A DNA stretch of 64,000 bases. It comes from Eledone cirrhosa. Taxonomy: Eukaryota. A program made the position numbers and the translations under genes. The stretch is taken from positions 39,742,001 to 39,806,000 of the forward strand of contig OZ024743.1 in the NCBI GenBank assembly GCA_964016885.1. Reading direction: 5' to 3'. This document shows, one piece after another, positions 1-12,882 of the stretch (positions are counted from its first letter, which is position 1; each line of letters opens with the position of its first letter). Below the pieces are notes generated by a model, which ran no database searches, was not told the DNA's origin, and saw only the letters and a list, made by a program, of their open reading frames with translations.

Positions 1-158
<158 letters not shown>

Positions 159-602
159 CATGTGTAAGTGAATGATTATATCGTTGAATACGCGTATCAG
201 TTATAATTTCGGTTTTGAATAATAATTAGATTTAATGAAATGTGTGATGTATTAAATGCATGAAAAATTAATTAACTAATCTTAAATTAATTTCCGGATA
301 CGAACTACCAACATTTTAATTAAGTAATTCCAACTTAAATTATGAAGTTGTCTATGAAAGACACGGCTTTTATACTTGAAATTCTTCGATGTCAATTTGA
401 TTATCAGAAATCTGATAAGTAGATATTTTACATTAGTGGTAAACATCTTGATTGGAAGACAACGGTGTATTAGGTGTATGACAAAGAAAAGTGAAAAAAG
501 CCAGCCACCAGAATACAAGAAGCGAACAGTATATCTTTGTTGGTCTCTCCATCACTGATGCTCTCTGTCAAATCATCGCAGATGTTAGTAGAACCATTAT
601 CA

Positions 603-702
<100 letters not shown>

Positions 703-705
703 ATA

Positions 706-760
706 GCAGGAAGAGGGTTTTAACATTTTGGACGCTAGTCCTTCATCAGAAGAAAGAATG
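706..760 (-). ncRNA. Degenerate minimal hammerhead-like motif adjacent to (TA)n
   Basis: Minus strand reads CTGATGA-AGGAC TAGC GTCC-AAAA-TGTTA. GAAA is changed to AAAA and stem I is weak. Confidence 0.4.
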
Positions 761-1172
761 TGAAATAAAATAGATTGAGGGGACGTGCAGGATGGAATTG
801 GAAAATATGTATTTAGATAAAAATAACAGGTCCATTCATGTTGACATCTCTTGCAAAACTGTTGGTGCTGGCGTTTTGTATATGATTTAATTTCTTAGAA
901 GGGTGGATGATGGAGCGCGTCTATAATATATATATAATTAGAAAGTGAACAATACAAAATATAACAACTCCATTACCAAAGGTTTCTGGATGTTATTTCA
1001 TATTTTCTATCCATAACATCAGTGTCTGCTGACCGATCCAGACATATATTAATATCGTCTGGGATCCAGAAACATTTGGTAATGGAGTAGTTATATTTTG
1101 TGCTGTTCACTTTCTTATTAAATAGCTCTGTTCTATACATAGGGCACTTTACTTTTTCTTCGGAATTACCTA

Positions 1173-1208
<36 letters not shown>

Positions 1209-1210
<2 letters not shown>

Positions 1211-2491
1211 AAAGAATAGAGGTGTAACACACGAGTTAAGTTATATTGGTAAACGGAAAAGAAAATGCTGACAAATTGTTCACAGTGAAAAATAGTTTAA
1301 TTAGGAATAAGTGAGAATTAGTAATAGTATTGGTTAGTATTCAGTTTTGGTTTTAAGTTTTACCGGTTGCGCATTTCTAATGCTTTTCAAAAATAATTTT
1401 GAGATAGAGCGCCCGTGATGTTTGATCTAATCTGATTAGTTTTGGAAATTCTACCTGTTTTATGTTAAAAAAGTGGCTCCAGCGGTATTAAAATAAGTTT
1501 TGCGCCAACTCGTGTTGCAAAAATTCTTGTGGTCAAAACGATTTTGATTGGTCGGTAGAGGTCATGTGAATGTTAACAATTGATTTTGCTGAAAATATCG
1601 AATAATGTACACCATTTCACCAGTACCACAAAAATAATTACTGGTCCACCCACACACACACACACACACATTCTCACACACACACACACACGTGTATGCG
1701 CACACACGCACATGTATACACACACACATACACACGCGTACATTAACATACAAAGATATACATATATATACACACACACACACACACAGACACACACACA
1801 CATACACACACGCACACACACACACTCCTCCGTATAAGACAAGAGCTGAAAAATATATTTTAACATGTTAAAATATCCCCCACACACTTACAGACACATT
1901 CCTACTGACCATCCCTCTACCACGAATGACTCTGCTACACACACACACACACACTTATCTTAATAGGCAATTGAACTGTCAACAGGCTGCGGTTCGCACA
2001 CACATCCCTGCTGATCATTATCACAACAACGAACCTCTTTACTACTACTACTACTACTACACACACACACACACACACATATTTGTTTTGAAAGACTTAT
2101 TAATCAGTGACTTCTCAATCAGCCGACACAAATCTACATTTGGCGCAAAATCAATTTCTATCATTCACATGACTTCTACCGACCAATGAAAATCGTTTTG
2201 ACCACAAGAATTTTTGCAACACGAATTGACGCAAAACTTATTTTAATACCGCTTGAGCCACTTTTTTAACATAAAAACAGGTAGAATTTCCAAAACTAAT
2301 TAGATTAGAGCAAACATCACGGACGCTCTATCTCAAAATTATTTTTGAAAAGCATTAGAAATGCGCAACAGGTATAACTTAAAACCAAAACTGAATACTA
2401 ACCAATACTATTACTAATTCTCACTTATTCCTAATTAAACTATTTTTCACTGTGAACAATTTGTCAGCATTTTCTTTTCCGTTTACCAATA
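1209..2491. mobile_element. Long inverted repeat element (arms about 1243-1572 / 2162-2491) with (CA)n-rich spacer and ~30-bp left tail
   Basis: The ~330-bp arms are reverse complements. The same family recurs at 51355-51755. Both copies abut (TA)n. Confidence 0.8.
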
Positions 2492-2501
2492 TATATATAT
2501 A

Positions 2502-2808
2502 CATTTAGGTTTGTCGGTTCACCACAGGATGGTACTGGTCATTCCGTAAGGTCACCCTCGATGTAATATTAGGGAGAACACTCGACGTAATGCAACTCAC
2601 CAATCTTCGTTGGTGTTGTTGGTGTTGCGAGTACGGAGTTAATTATTATAAAATAACAGGACGCTGGACTGGTGTAATTCCTTAAAGGTTTATTATATTA
2701 TGAACATTTCAACGAGCGAGTTCAGTATGAATCCGGTCATTGAAATGTTCATAGTATAATAAAGCTTTAAGGAAATACACCAGTCCAGCCTCCTGTTATT
2801 TTGTAATA
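2502..2808. mobile_element. Short fold-back element (arms 2644-2808, centre 2726) with left tail, between TA tracts
   Basis: Imperfect ~80-bp arms. The centre is a hairpin bracketed by TTTC...GAAA-TGTTCA-TA, which matches the 3' half of a hammerhead. The tail on the minus strand reads ACTCC...GAGTGTT. Confidence 0.7.
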
Positions 2809-3106
2809 TATATATATATATTGTTATACTTGGGGAGGGTCATGTTTGTGTAATAATATTGCCAGCATTAATAACAGAACACAGTCACTGTTTGGTTGGT
2901 TTTCGGTTCTGTGTCTTTTATATCGGTTAATTTAATTTATTCGGTCCTCAATGTTGCCATTGACTGACCAACACATATATATATATAGTCTATCAAAGTT
3001 CTTTCGTTGCACATCTGCAACATCGTCAGTGGTGCTATTGTTTCCTCCCGTTGCATCGTATGTCTACCCACCTTATATATATATATATATATATATAATA
3101 TATTTG

Positions 3107-3802
3107 TTTATGCCACGAAACTACGTAGTCGAGGAAGCTAGGGGCAGTTTAGGTATGATACATTTTATTACTAATTATATCTAAATGTTTCTTCTCTCTT
3201 CATAATGTATTTTTAACTCTGATACTAGTTCAGTCTAATTCAACCGGATTGGTCTGTCCCAGTCATTCATTGAGCAACATCGGTAAGGTTGGCACCATTA
3301 ACTCACGGTTGGGTGTGGATGCATTCATGTATATGTGTGTGTCCGCATGTATCTGTGTGTTTCTAAATATATTGTTCATAACTACCACTGGTCGAATAAT
3401 CTTTGAAGTGTGGTGACTGCTGGAAAGCTGCCATTACTCATACTTCTCGCCCCCTTCACCACCTCTTCTACGGCTTCGATATAAATACCCCCTCCGCCTC
3501 CGTGGTATTTTCTTCGGGGTTATAAGAGGCTTAGCTCTGTTTCTCGACCGTTATATCGCGTGACTATCTCCCCCTCCGCCTTTTGGGATTCTTTCTCACG
3601 TCGTGTAGACGCGTTCTTGAAGCTAGTAAAATGAGGTATCCTCTTGATAAGTCGGCAGACCTCGCAAGGACTCTATATCTTTATGATGTATTGTTCTTGT
3701 TTATGCCATGAAACTACGTAGTCGAGGAATCTAGGAGCAGTTTAGGTGTGATACATTTTATTACTAATTATATCTAAATGTTTCTTCTCTCTTCATAATG
3801 TA
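3107..3802. repeat. ~100-bp direct repeats (3107-3210 and 3700-3802) bounding a ~700-bp unit between TA tracts
   Basis: TTTATGCCA(C/T)GAAACTACGTAGTCGAGGAA...CTTCTCTCTTCATAATGTAT occurs twice. Confidence 0.75.
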
Positions 3803-3814
3803 TATATATATATA

Positions 3815-4498
<684 letters not shown>

Positions 4499-4546
4499 TG
4501 TATATATGTATACATACATATATATGTATATATATATATATATATA

Positions 4547-6075
4547 AGAGGGTGTTAAAGTTTGCTTGAAGCATTGTGAAATGTGTAAAATACGTAGTTT
4601 AGAAAGCCACAACTATGCAGAGGGAAATCTCGAGGTAGGAAGTGAATGATAGATAAGAGAAATAGGAGAACGTGAAAATAGAGAGAGATAAAGATGAAAA
4701 CAAAACAAAGGTAGAAGGGTTACCGTAGTGGAGATTTAATCCCAATATTTCGGGCTCACGCCCATCAACGGGGGAAAGTTCCAAAGGGGGGAACAGGCTA
4801 AGCGGAGAAAGTTGTGATGTCGTTAAAACAGGAATGCCGTTATGGGGAGAAAAATTATTTAAAATTTAAATGAGGGAAAGAATGCGCGTGCGCGTAATAG
4901 GCTGTGGCAAAAGCTACTGACCAAATGGGTTAAATCAAGAGGGTGCGCTTGCGTGTGAAAGCCGTAAAATATGTGTGTGTAACTATATATGTGTGTGTAA
5001 CTGTGTGTGTATATGTGTAAGTGTGTATATGTGTGAGTGTGTGTGTGTGTGAAAGATAGTGGGCTGTAGAAGCTGGAAATCATAGGGTGTGAAAGGTGGT
5101 AGGTTGTAAAACATGTGTGCGTGTATAAACATTAGTATGTGTAAGTGTATGGGTATACATGTGTGTGTAACTGTGTGTGTGTATGTGTGAGTGCGTGTGT
5201 GTGTGAAAGATAGTGGGCTGTAGAAGCTGGAAATCAAAGGGTGTGAAAGGTGGTAGGTTGTAAAAACATGTGTGCGTGTATAAATATAGATGTGTGTGTA
5301 TGCGTATGGGTATGCATATACGTGCGTGTGTGTGAAAAAAGCAGGCCGTAAGGGCTGTGAATGGTCACTATGGTTAAGTTAGCCATGTCAGCTCATTTCT
5401 CTCAGCCCGGTTGTTAAGTGGGGGTCTGAGGTTCTTAATAACAAGTGCTTCCTTTCTCCTTAAGGATCCGATGCTGCGTTCAGTCGCTAGGACTGTGACC
5501 AAGGGTCTACCCTGTGGGTTTCCGCATTTAAGGATGTGTTTACGGAAGGAAGATGCGTTGGTGTTGATATGTTCCTTGATACGAACATGTAGGGGTCGGA
5601 TGGTGCTACCTATGTAAAACTTGTTACATTTATCGCATTGAATCTTATATACGACATAGGTGCGTAGGCAAACTGCCCCCCGTATCGGGCAGTTGCTGAG
5701 GGAACACGTCCCATCTGACTCGTCGGGTTTGTTGGAGAGGCATCTTCGCAGCGAAGGTCCTGTGTGGGCCAAATGTATGTCAAGTCCCTCCGTCCGTATG
5801 GCCCTGCGGATGGCGTTCGTGGTATATTCACTCAGGTGGGAGATTTTAAAGAAGCACCTGCTTTTATTTGAGTTTCTAGTGGGTGTCTGTCTATTGGGTC
5901 TGGGGTCTCTAATTCCGTTAATCAGTCGCTTGGGATATCCATTAGACCTGAGTAGATTACGGAATTGCGTGGTATGGGTGAGACCACCCATCGGGTCGCT
6001 GCATCTGTTAGTGATACGTGTCAGTTCATTTAGGACATAGCCTCTCTTAGCGTTGTTGGGGAGGGCTGAGTTGTA
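4547..6075 (-). mobile_element. 5'-truncated Penelope-like retroelement (Neptune-like) with 3' UTR, bounded by (TA)n on both sides
   Basis: The GIY-YIG ORF is followed by ~830 bp of UTR containing a ~154-bp internal duplication (about 4970-5290). (TA)n tracts lie at 4378-4546 and from 6076. Confidence 0.75.
5374..6075 (-). CDS. Penelope-like element ORF, 5'-truncated: C-terminal RT/thumb region, Cys-rich linker and GIY-YIG endonuclease
   Basis: Open frame reads ...[12 protein letters not shown]...[13 protein letters not shown]...[29 protein letters not shown]...[16 protein letters not shown]. It contains GIY-YIG motifs VVY/YIG, the conserved R and E residues and the NGYP motif. The track's upstream extension to 6300 is only (TA)n read-through. 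Confidence 0.92.
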   Translation of the reverse strand, partial: YNSALPNNAKRGYVLNELTRITNRCSDPMGGLTHTTQFRNLLRSNGYPKRLINGIRDPRPNRQTPTRNSNKSRCFFKISHLSEYTTNAIRRAIRTEGLDIHLAHTGPSLRRCLSNKPDESDGTCSLSNCPIRGAVCLRTYVVYKIQCDKCNKFYIGSTIRPLHVRIKEHINTNASSFRKHILKCGNPQGRPLVTVLATERSIGSLRRKEALVIKNLRPPLNNRAERNELTWLT

Positions 6076-6188
6076 ATGCATATATACATATATACATATA
6101 TATATATACATATATATGTATACATATATACATATATGTATATATATATATATAAATATATATATATTTATATAAATATATATATATT

Positions 6189-6237
<49 letters not shown>

Positions 6238-6265
6238 ATATATTTTTATATATATATATATATTT

Positions 6266-6466
6266 ATAGGAACCAGTAAGACCCCGACAGCTGAGCTCAA
6301 GCCGTTTCGACGGCTAATTCTGGAATTAGTCCAGAATTAGCCGTCGAAACGGCTTGAGCTCAGCTGTCGGGGTCTTACTGGTTCCTATTACCCACTCTAC
6401 TACCTCAAGTATTGAGTACTTTGGTGCGTTATGGTCCACCTGGTTCCTTACCACATTTCCTTCGTT
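6266..6466. mobile_element. Perfect 59-bp-arm palindrome (6266-6388, 5-nt loop) plus 78-bp tail, between (TA)n tracts
   Basis: The arms are exact reverse complements. The tail reads ACTCT...GAGTACTT. Related copies are at 59702-59880, 63168-63327 and about 29452-29506. Confidence 0.85.
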
Positions 6467-6487
6467 ATATATATTTATATATATATA

Positions 6488-6560
<73 letters not shown>

Positions 6561-6563
<3 letters not shown>

Positions 6564-7580
6564 GGAAAACATGAAACGAAATATCATTTCTCACTCTTAG
6601 TGCGGCTGTTACTTAAATATAAATATATATACGTACATACATATATGTATACAGACGTACAGTAGTATGCATATATATACATACATGCACACATATATAT
6701 ATGTACGTATGGATTTACCGAACATTTATTATAATGCTTGGTTTGTTTGTAAGAGTGAGAAATTAAATTTCGTTTCATTTTTTCCATTTATCGTTTTGGG
6801 TGCGCACGGCCGATTAATATGCATAAGGAAAGTATATACTTTAAGACGTTCAATCATCTGGCAGGAAGGTATACGGTGCTGACGATAGCTAATAAGCTTG
6901 AAACTAATACATCGTTCCTTTTTCAGTGTTAAACAAAAGGGCAACGATGGTTGCTAAACACTGTACGGCTTAATTCGGGATGCTTGTTTACAAACAAACC
7001 GAGCATTATAATAAATGTTCGGAAAATACATACGTACATATATATATATATATGTGTGTGCATGTATGTATATATATACATACTACTGTACGGATGTATA
7101 GATATATGTATGTACGTATATATACTTATATTTAAGTAACAGACGTACTAAGAGTGAGAAATGAAATTTTGTTTCATTTTTTCCATTTATCCTTTTCGGT
7201 GCGCCCGATTAACTCACTCGATATGAACATTAGGCCGCTCAGCCGTTAATATGCATAAGGAAAGTATATACTTTCAGACGTTCAATCATCTGGCAGGAAG
7301 GTATACGGTCCTGACTATAGCTAATAAGCTTGAAACTAGTACATCGTTCCTATGTCAGTGTTGAACAAAAGGGCAACGATGGTTGCTAAACACTGTACGG
7401 CTTAATTCGGGATGCTTGTTTACAAATAAACCGAGCATTATAATAAATATTCGCTAAATCCATACGTACATATATATATATATATATATATACATATATA
7501 TGTGCATGTAAGTATATATATACATGCTAATGTATGTCTGTATACATATATGTATGTCTGTATACATACTTATATACATT
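6561..7580 (+). mobile_element. Tandem ~430-bp hammerhead-containing repeat (retrozyme-like or PLE pLTR array) with inverted 5' segment
   Basis: An inverted segment (6561-6750) is followed by head-to-tail units. Hammerhead cores are at 6879-6909 (CTGACGA...GAAA) and about 7311-7341 (degenerate CTGACTA), 432 nt apart. Confidence 0.8.
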
Positions 7581-7677
7581 TCAAAGAAGTCAGTCTCCAT
7601 GATTCCGTCGATGCCATTATCAATCATTTTGTTCATACATCCTAAGAATAAGTAATGCCTCTGGAAGAAGAATATAC

Positions 7678-7708
<31 letters not shown>

Positions 7709-9718
7709 CAGTGATAGTGTTATATTGTTATAGAAGGTTAAATTATGCGTATATCAGTGAACATTATTTAACCCGCGACGGTTATCTTCCTCAAAGTACG
7801 CGGTATCATGAGTTTCGTAATTATGTTTTAGCACACGACACTTTCATTGCGATGATAAATATCAACTAGAATATCATATTGATATGTGCAATGTATTAAC
7901 TATTAACAAATGTATGTCATCTCCTCTGACTACGTATAGCTGCCATTGAGGAATATATCATTTACACAGTCAAATCTAGTATATATGTCAGCTAATTATT
8001 CCTAGGTGATGTTGGTATGCTATCTCTTCAGGAATAGTAAATATCGAGATTTGAAACAATGTAAATCCTAGCCTGTCATATCAATATTTTCTAATCCTAT
8101 CTAAGAGAAAATTGATTGCTTTTCATTGAAGTTTAGTGAGTTGCACTGAAGAGACATTCTCTAAGTCACGGGTTGTCACTATTGCAAATGACATTCGGCA
8201 TCCTGATACAACTGAATAGGTAGGGGGTTCGGGGTTCCACCAAGCTTAACCGATTTATTCACCGCTTAAATGATTTGACATTTTAGAAAAATCTAAGGAA
8301 ATAATATATCAATCCTGATTAAAACAGAGGGACTTCGTACATATACACGAGTTGTCTTATGTAGTTTAAGCCTGGTGGAGTGCATTCCTAACCAAGTCTT
8401 CCAGACGATTTCTTCCATAGAAGCACAGTGGACGAGAGAAAGAATCGACCCCAGTACTAGGCATATATTTTATTCATCAAGCTCAAAAATTTGAATACAT
8501 AGGGCTGTGAAAGGGAACAACCGCCAATGTATATAATCCGATGCACTAACAACTGTAAAATGGAAAATTGAAATAACATACATCCCAAGGCTGTTTGAAT
8601 TTAGAACTCGATAATGATTTATAATTGAAATAGAAGATCGATGCTACTACTTTGTTTCACTGAGAACATAATGATGAATACCGAAGGCCACCTTGGGGAA
8701 ATGTGAACTCAAAACATATACTGCTGTCTTTGAGTGCCACATATTATTTCATCCGGTGCTCTATAGATTCTGCCCCGCCACCACCTTAAGTTATGAAAGT
8801 AATTTTGAAATATAATTTATATACTTCTGTCAGTCAGAATATAATAAGGTTTTAACAGTAGTAAATATATAATTCGATTTATATGAAATGACGTGTTTAG
8901 CTTTGCAAATATACACCATTCTCTCCAAATATAGCTCTAAACATATTATATCACGATTTTATGTAATAAGAATAGGAATTAAAATTTAATCAAAATCGGA
9001 TAAATCACTGTCAAACATTGCAATGCCAGATTCCGTGCAATATTCCAACAATGCCGTTTTAAGGAGAATCTCTTTCATGAAAATATAGTTGGCTGTTGCT
9101 CATATTGTTGTTCTTATTTAGTCCCAATTTGACGCATTCTACTGACAATAGACATTACAGGTATTATCATCAAATTCGTGTAGAAGAAAGTTAATCATGT
9201 ATCCTCTTATCCTGTTTGTCCTTACTTTTGAAATTTAAATGTGATATACTTGCTATTTCTCACAGGTTTGTTGTTTGTCTGCAATGTTCTAGGAGCATAA
9301 TTTGCATTCAATGACAGGTATAAACTAACAACTATAATAACTAGCTCATTTAGTCACATAGACTTCTGATTCATTGAAGCGCACCTTATATGTTTAACTC
9401 AAAATATTCCCAAATAACACTTTGTAGTTTGATAATTATGATGTGTGGAATCAGAGGAAATTAACATCGGCTAACTTGATCAATAGAAAAATCGATGTCC
9501 ATGTCTGGAAGCAAAAACAATGATATTAAATATATAAAACAGGTGAAGTAGTATATATTGGGATATTCATCCAGTCTGACATCATCTTTGTGTATAGAAT
9601 ATTTGAATATATAAAATATCAAGTCCCGTAACATGAGTGCAAATATCCTCATATGAATATATATGTATATATATATATATATAGTATATGATCAAAAGAT
9701 GGTTAAAAGAGTTCCAAG

Positions 9719-9789
9719 TATTTTATTATGCGCATTTCAAAAACAAATATCATCATGGGATGATATCTGCGTTTTCATCAGATAAAATA
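9719..9789 (-). ncRNA. Type I hammerhead ribozyme
   Basis: Minus strand reads TATTTTAT-CTGATGA-[AAACGCAGATATCATC CCAT GATGATATTTGTTTTT]-GAAA-TGCGCA-TA-ATAAAATA. Stem I is a perfect 8 bp, stem II is long, stem III is palindromic and the cleavage triplet is AUA. Confidence 0.85.
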
Positions 9790-9905
9790 GGGATACATGA
9801 TATGAAGCTTAAAAAACACTTGTGAATAGTGAAGTTTTAAATCAACATGTTGATTTAAAACTTCACTATTCACAAGTGTTTTTTAAGCTTCATATCATGT
9901 ATCCA

Positions 9906-9976
9906 TATGTTATCTGATGAAAACGCAGATATCATCCCATGATGATATTTGTTTTTGAAATGCGCATAATAAAATA
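9906..9976 (+). ncRNA. Type I hammerhead ribozyme (mirror copy)
   Basis: CTGATGA at 9914-9920, GAAA at 9957-9960, then TGCGCA-TA, with predicted cleavage after 9968. Stem I has one mismatch. Confidence 0.8.
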
Positions 9977-10097
9977 CTTGGAACTCTTTTGACCATCTTT
10001 TGATCTTATATTATTTATACTCCAGTCCTACAAACTGTAGAGTGCTACTTATCCGATGTGTGCACTGCTTTATTGTGCTACAATAAATCTCACCTCC

Positions 10098-10175
<78 letters not shown>

Positions 10176-10178
<3 letters not shown>

Positions 10179-10570
10179 GGTGTGGAATGCTTAAAGCGTC
10201 CGTATGCGGTAGGCCGTTTAAGCACTTGATGCTCTCATAGAGCCGAGTATGATATCACAGAAATAAAGAGATCAGTGTTGCGACGAATAGAATTTATTGG
10301 ACATATTACTATCGTTTCTGTGGCGACCAGCTCGATGCACGATCGATGTGATGATCCTGACTCTGAAAATCGCAAGGTCCTCATGTACGTCTTGATTCTA
10401 CGAAGCAGATTTTCCTATGTAGGATCAAGACGTATCTGAGGACCTTGCGACACTCAGAGTCAGGTTCGATCATCACGTCGATCGTGCCTCGATCTGGTCA
10501 CCAGAGAAACGATTGTAATATGTCCAATAAATCCATTCCTCGCAACACTGATTCTCTTTTATTGTGATAT
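10176..10570. mobile_element. Fold-back hammerhead element, second family (tail 10176-10251; arms about 10252-10401 / 10419-10570)
   Basis: Imperfect inverted arms of ~150 bp lie between (TA)n tracts, with a hammerhead core in the right arm. Confidence 0.8.
10429..10524 (+). ncRNA. Type I hammerhead ribozyme with ~63-nt stem II domain
   Basis: GACGTAT-CTGAGGA(10436-10442)...GAAA(10506-10509)-CGATTG-TA-ATATGTC, followed by AATAAA. Stem I pairs GACGTAT with ATATGTC. Confidence 0.65.
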
Positions 10571-12882
10571 ATATATATATATATATAATACGTATATTGT
10601 TTTAGCTACTGAATTTATCTTCGTTAAAACCTGCATCATAGAATACCGATGTCAATATTCAACCAACAGCAGTCGTAGTAATATTTTATTTATTCTAAAG
10701 AATATATTTCTAATTTTGTTTCCTGCTACATATTTTAAAAAGAGTTAATGTTGTTCCTTGAATTATAACACTAATATTTCAAGCTTATATAATGTTCATG
10801 CATTGTATGAATAGAAATCACGGGCAAACAGGTGATGTGAAAACAGCAGACGAGATATAAGGCGATGGATATACGAAAACTTCAATAGAAGAATATTCAT
10901 GAGCACAAGCTAACCCATTGTTAGAAGACAAATGACAACAGAATAAATGAATCTAAACCTTGGAATGAAAATGATGGTCATGAATCTTCTGTTGTGCCTG
11001 ATTAAAAGTGCCTGTCTTTGTGGTGTAAGTGTTTTGTTCAAGATCGTAATGTGAGTCCCAGCGGTGCGTTTTGCACTTGAATGGTTGCTCCAGTTCACTC
11101 ATGTGAAAAAAAGATGCATTTTGTTGGTCACATATAATATGTCAACCTTATTCCATACACAAACCGAATCTCTTTTAGAGCAACGTCAAGTATAAACTTA
11201 TTCTGGGAAATGTTCAACCTCTTTCACCTTATTTTCACGAGCAGTCTTTTCAATTTATCACATCTTCTGTAACAATCCTTGTCTGGACTGACGCTGTTTG
11301 AACATATATTGCCCATAACAACACACCGGGAAGTGATCAACATTCTCTAAAAGAAACACCTTAATGACACACGGGACAGTTTCAATATTGGAAAAGTTTT
11401 ACAAATAAATACGTAAATTATTTATATTTTTAAATATTGTAAAACGCGTGTTTCCTAGTGGTAGAGGGCATCAATATATTTTATTCATCAACTTTACACA
11501 AAGAAATCCCATTGGTGAAATATCTGGAAGAGATTGGCTTTTGTTGAATGTCAAAAATCAATCTAGATTTTGTTTACGCTGTTGATATTTTAGAACAAAG
11601 AACATAGTTAATCAATCAGCTTTGACAACAGAGAATGGAATGTCTGCCACTGAGTAAAACGAAACGAAGAGAATTACATGATGGAATTGTTGAGTATAAA
11701 CGCAGCAGCGAGCACGAATCCTATTATGTGTTATAGAAAGAGCTGGAACATATAATCCCTTACATTAATCCATGGAATATTTTACAGCCCAGGAGAATAC
11801 TTGAACTAATAATTTACTACTAATTGATATTATTGTATTTTCCGACTGAGAGTGGATACTTGTTTGAGGATGTTCACTTGCTCGGGATCTTTAAACATTT
11901 TTTTTCATAGGGAAAAATTATTTTATTACCATGGCACAAAAGACAAAGAAATCCAACAAAGCTGGTTGTAATCACACTATTTGTCAACTGAGTCACAAAA
12001 TAAATTTATTTGTTTTTGATCCAATATTCTTCTAAAAAAGGCTTTGCAAGATCAAAAGCCAAACGCATTTCCACAATAGTTGATGCAACATTTCATACCA
12101 AAATAAATCGAATAGATATGTCTCATACGTTACATTCAATGATATAGAGACACTTGGTGAACATATTGTAGTGTCCATAGATATGACATAGGTGCCAATA
12201 CAGAAGACAAATAAGAATTATTATGATCGAAACGCCCCTTATTAATTCCTTACCACGTGAGTGGCAAGAATTTAGCAGAGAGCTGTACGGAAACAGATAC
12301 CGTTTTCAGGTGTTAATGAAAACTCCAATGGTATCTTTATTTATACTAAAACCATATGGAAATTATCATTGATACCCACAGATTGGAAATAATTGGATCA
12401 TCTGTTAACTACCCTATGGTCAACCAGTATTGATAATGTTAAATTATTTGTATGAATTCTCATTTGTATATTTTTGCTTCGTGGGATATTGTAATAGATA
12501 ATCTGACTCCAGAAATCCGACATGAAATTTTGTGACATAAAATACGTATGCTTATACAGATGCATAGGTAGACCATTAGTTTAGGTCAGTACGATTCTCT
12601 CTGATTAACGTCAGATAAGTGATGCCACTGATGATAATAAAGTGGACAACATTGAAATACTTCTAGAACTATCGCAGATCAACTCAGCGTGATCAATTTT
12701 TCACTCCACTTACAGGAACAAAAGTCTTTAAATTTCTGGAAATTGAAATTAAACTGCAAGTAAATGAAAGAGAAAAGGAAAGGAGTGTGTTCCTTTTTTT
12801 TGGGGGGGGGGGGGTCGAGAGAACCAGTCAAGTGATGACAGACCGATAAACGTTACTGATGCATATGTAAAATCATTATTTC

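Larger units (their letters stand above)
9685..10100. mobile_element. Fold-back element with hammerheads in both arms (arms 9685-9847 / 9848-10010, tail 10011-10100), flanked by (TA)n
   Basis: The 163-bp arms form a near-perfect palindrome with no spacer (centre CA|TG). Each arm has a hammerhead core. The tail reads ACTCC...GAGTGCT. Confidence 0.85.

Noticed and set aside
6076-6300. N-terminal extension of the 308-aa ORF
   Set aside because: It reads through a TA tract from an unrelated palindrome and is not part of the PLE protein.
10780-12300. Possible decayed DNA transposase region
   Set aside because: No catalytic motif or TIR could be identified with confidence.
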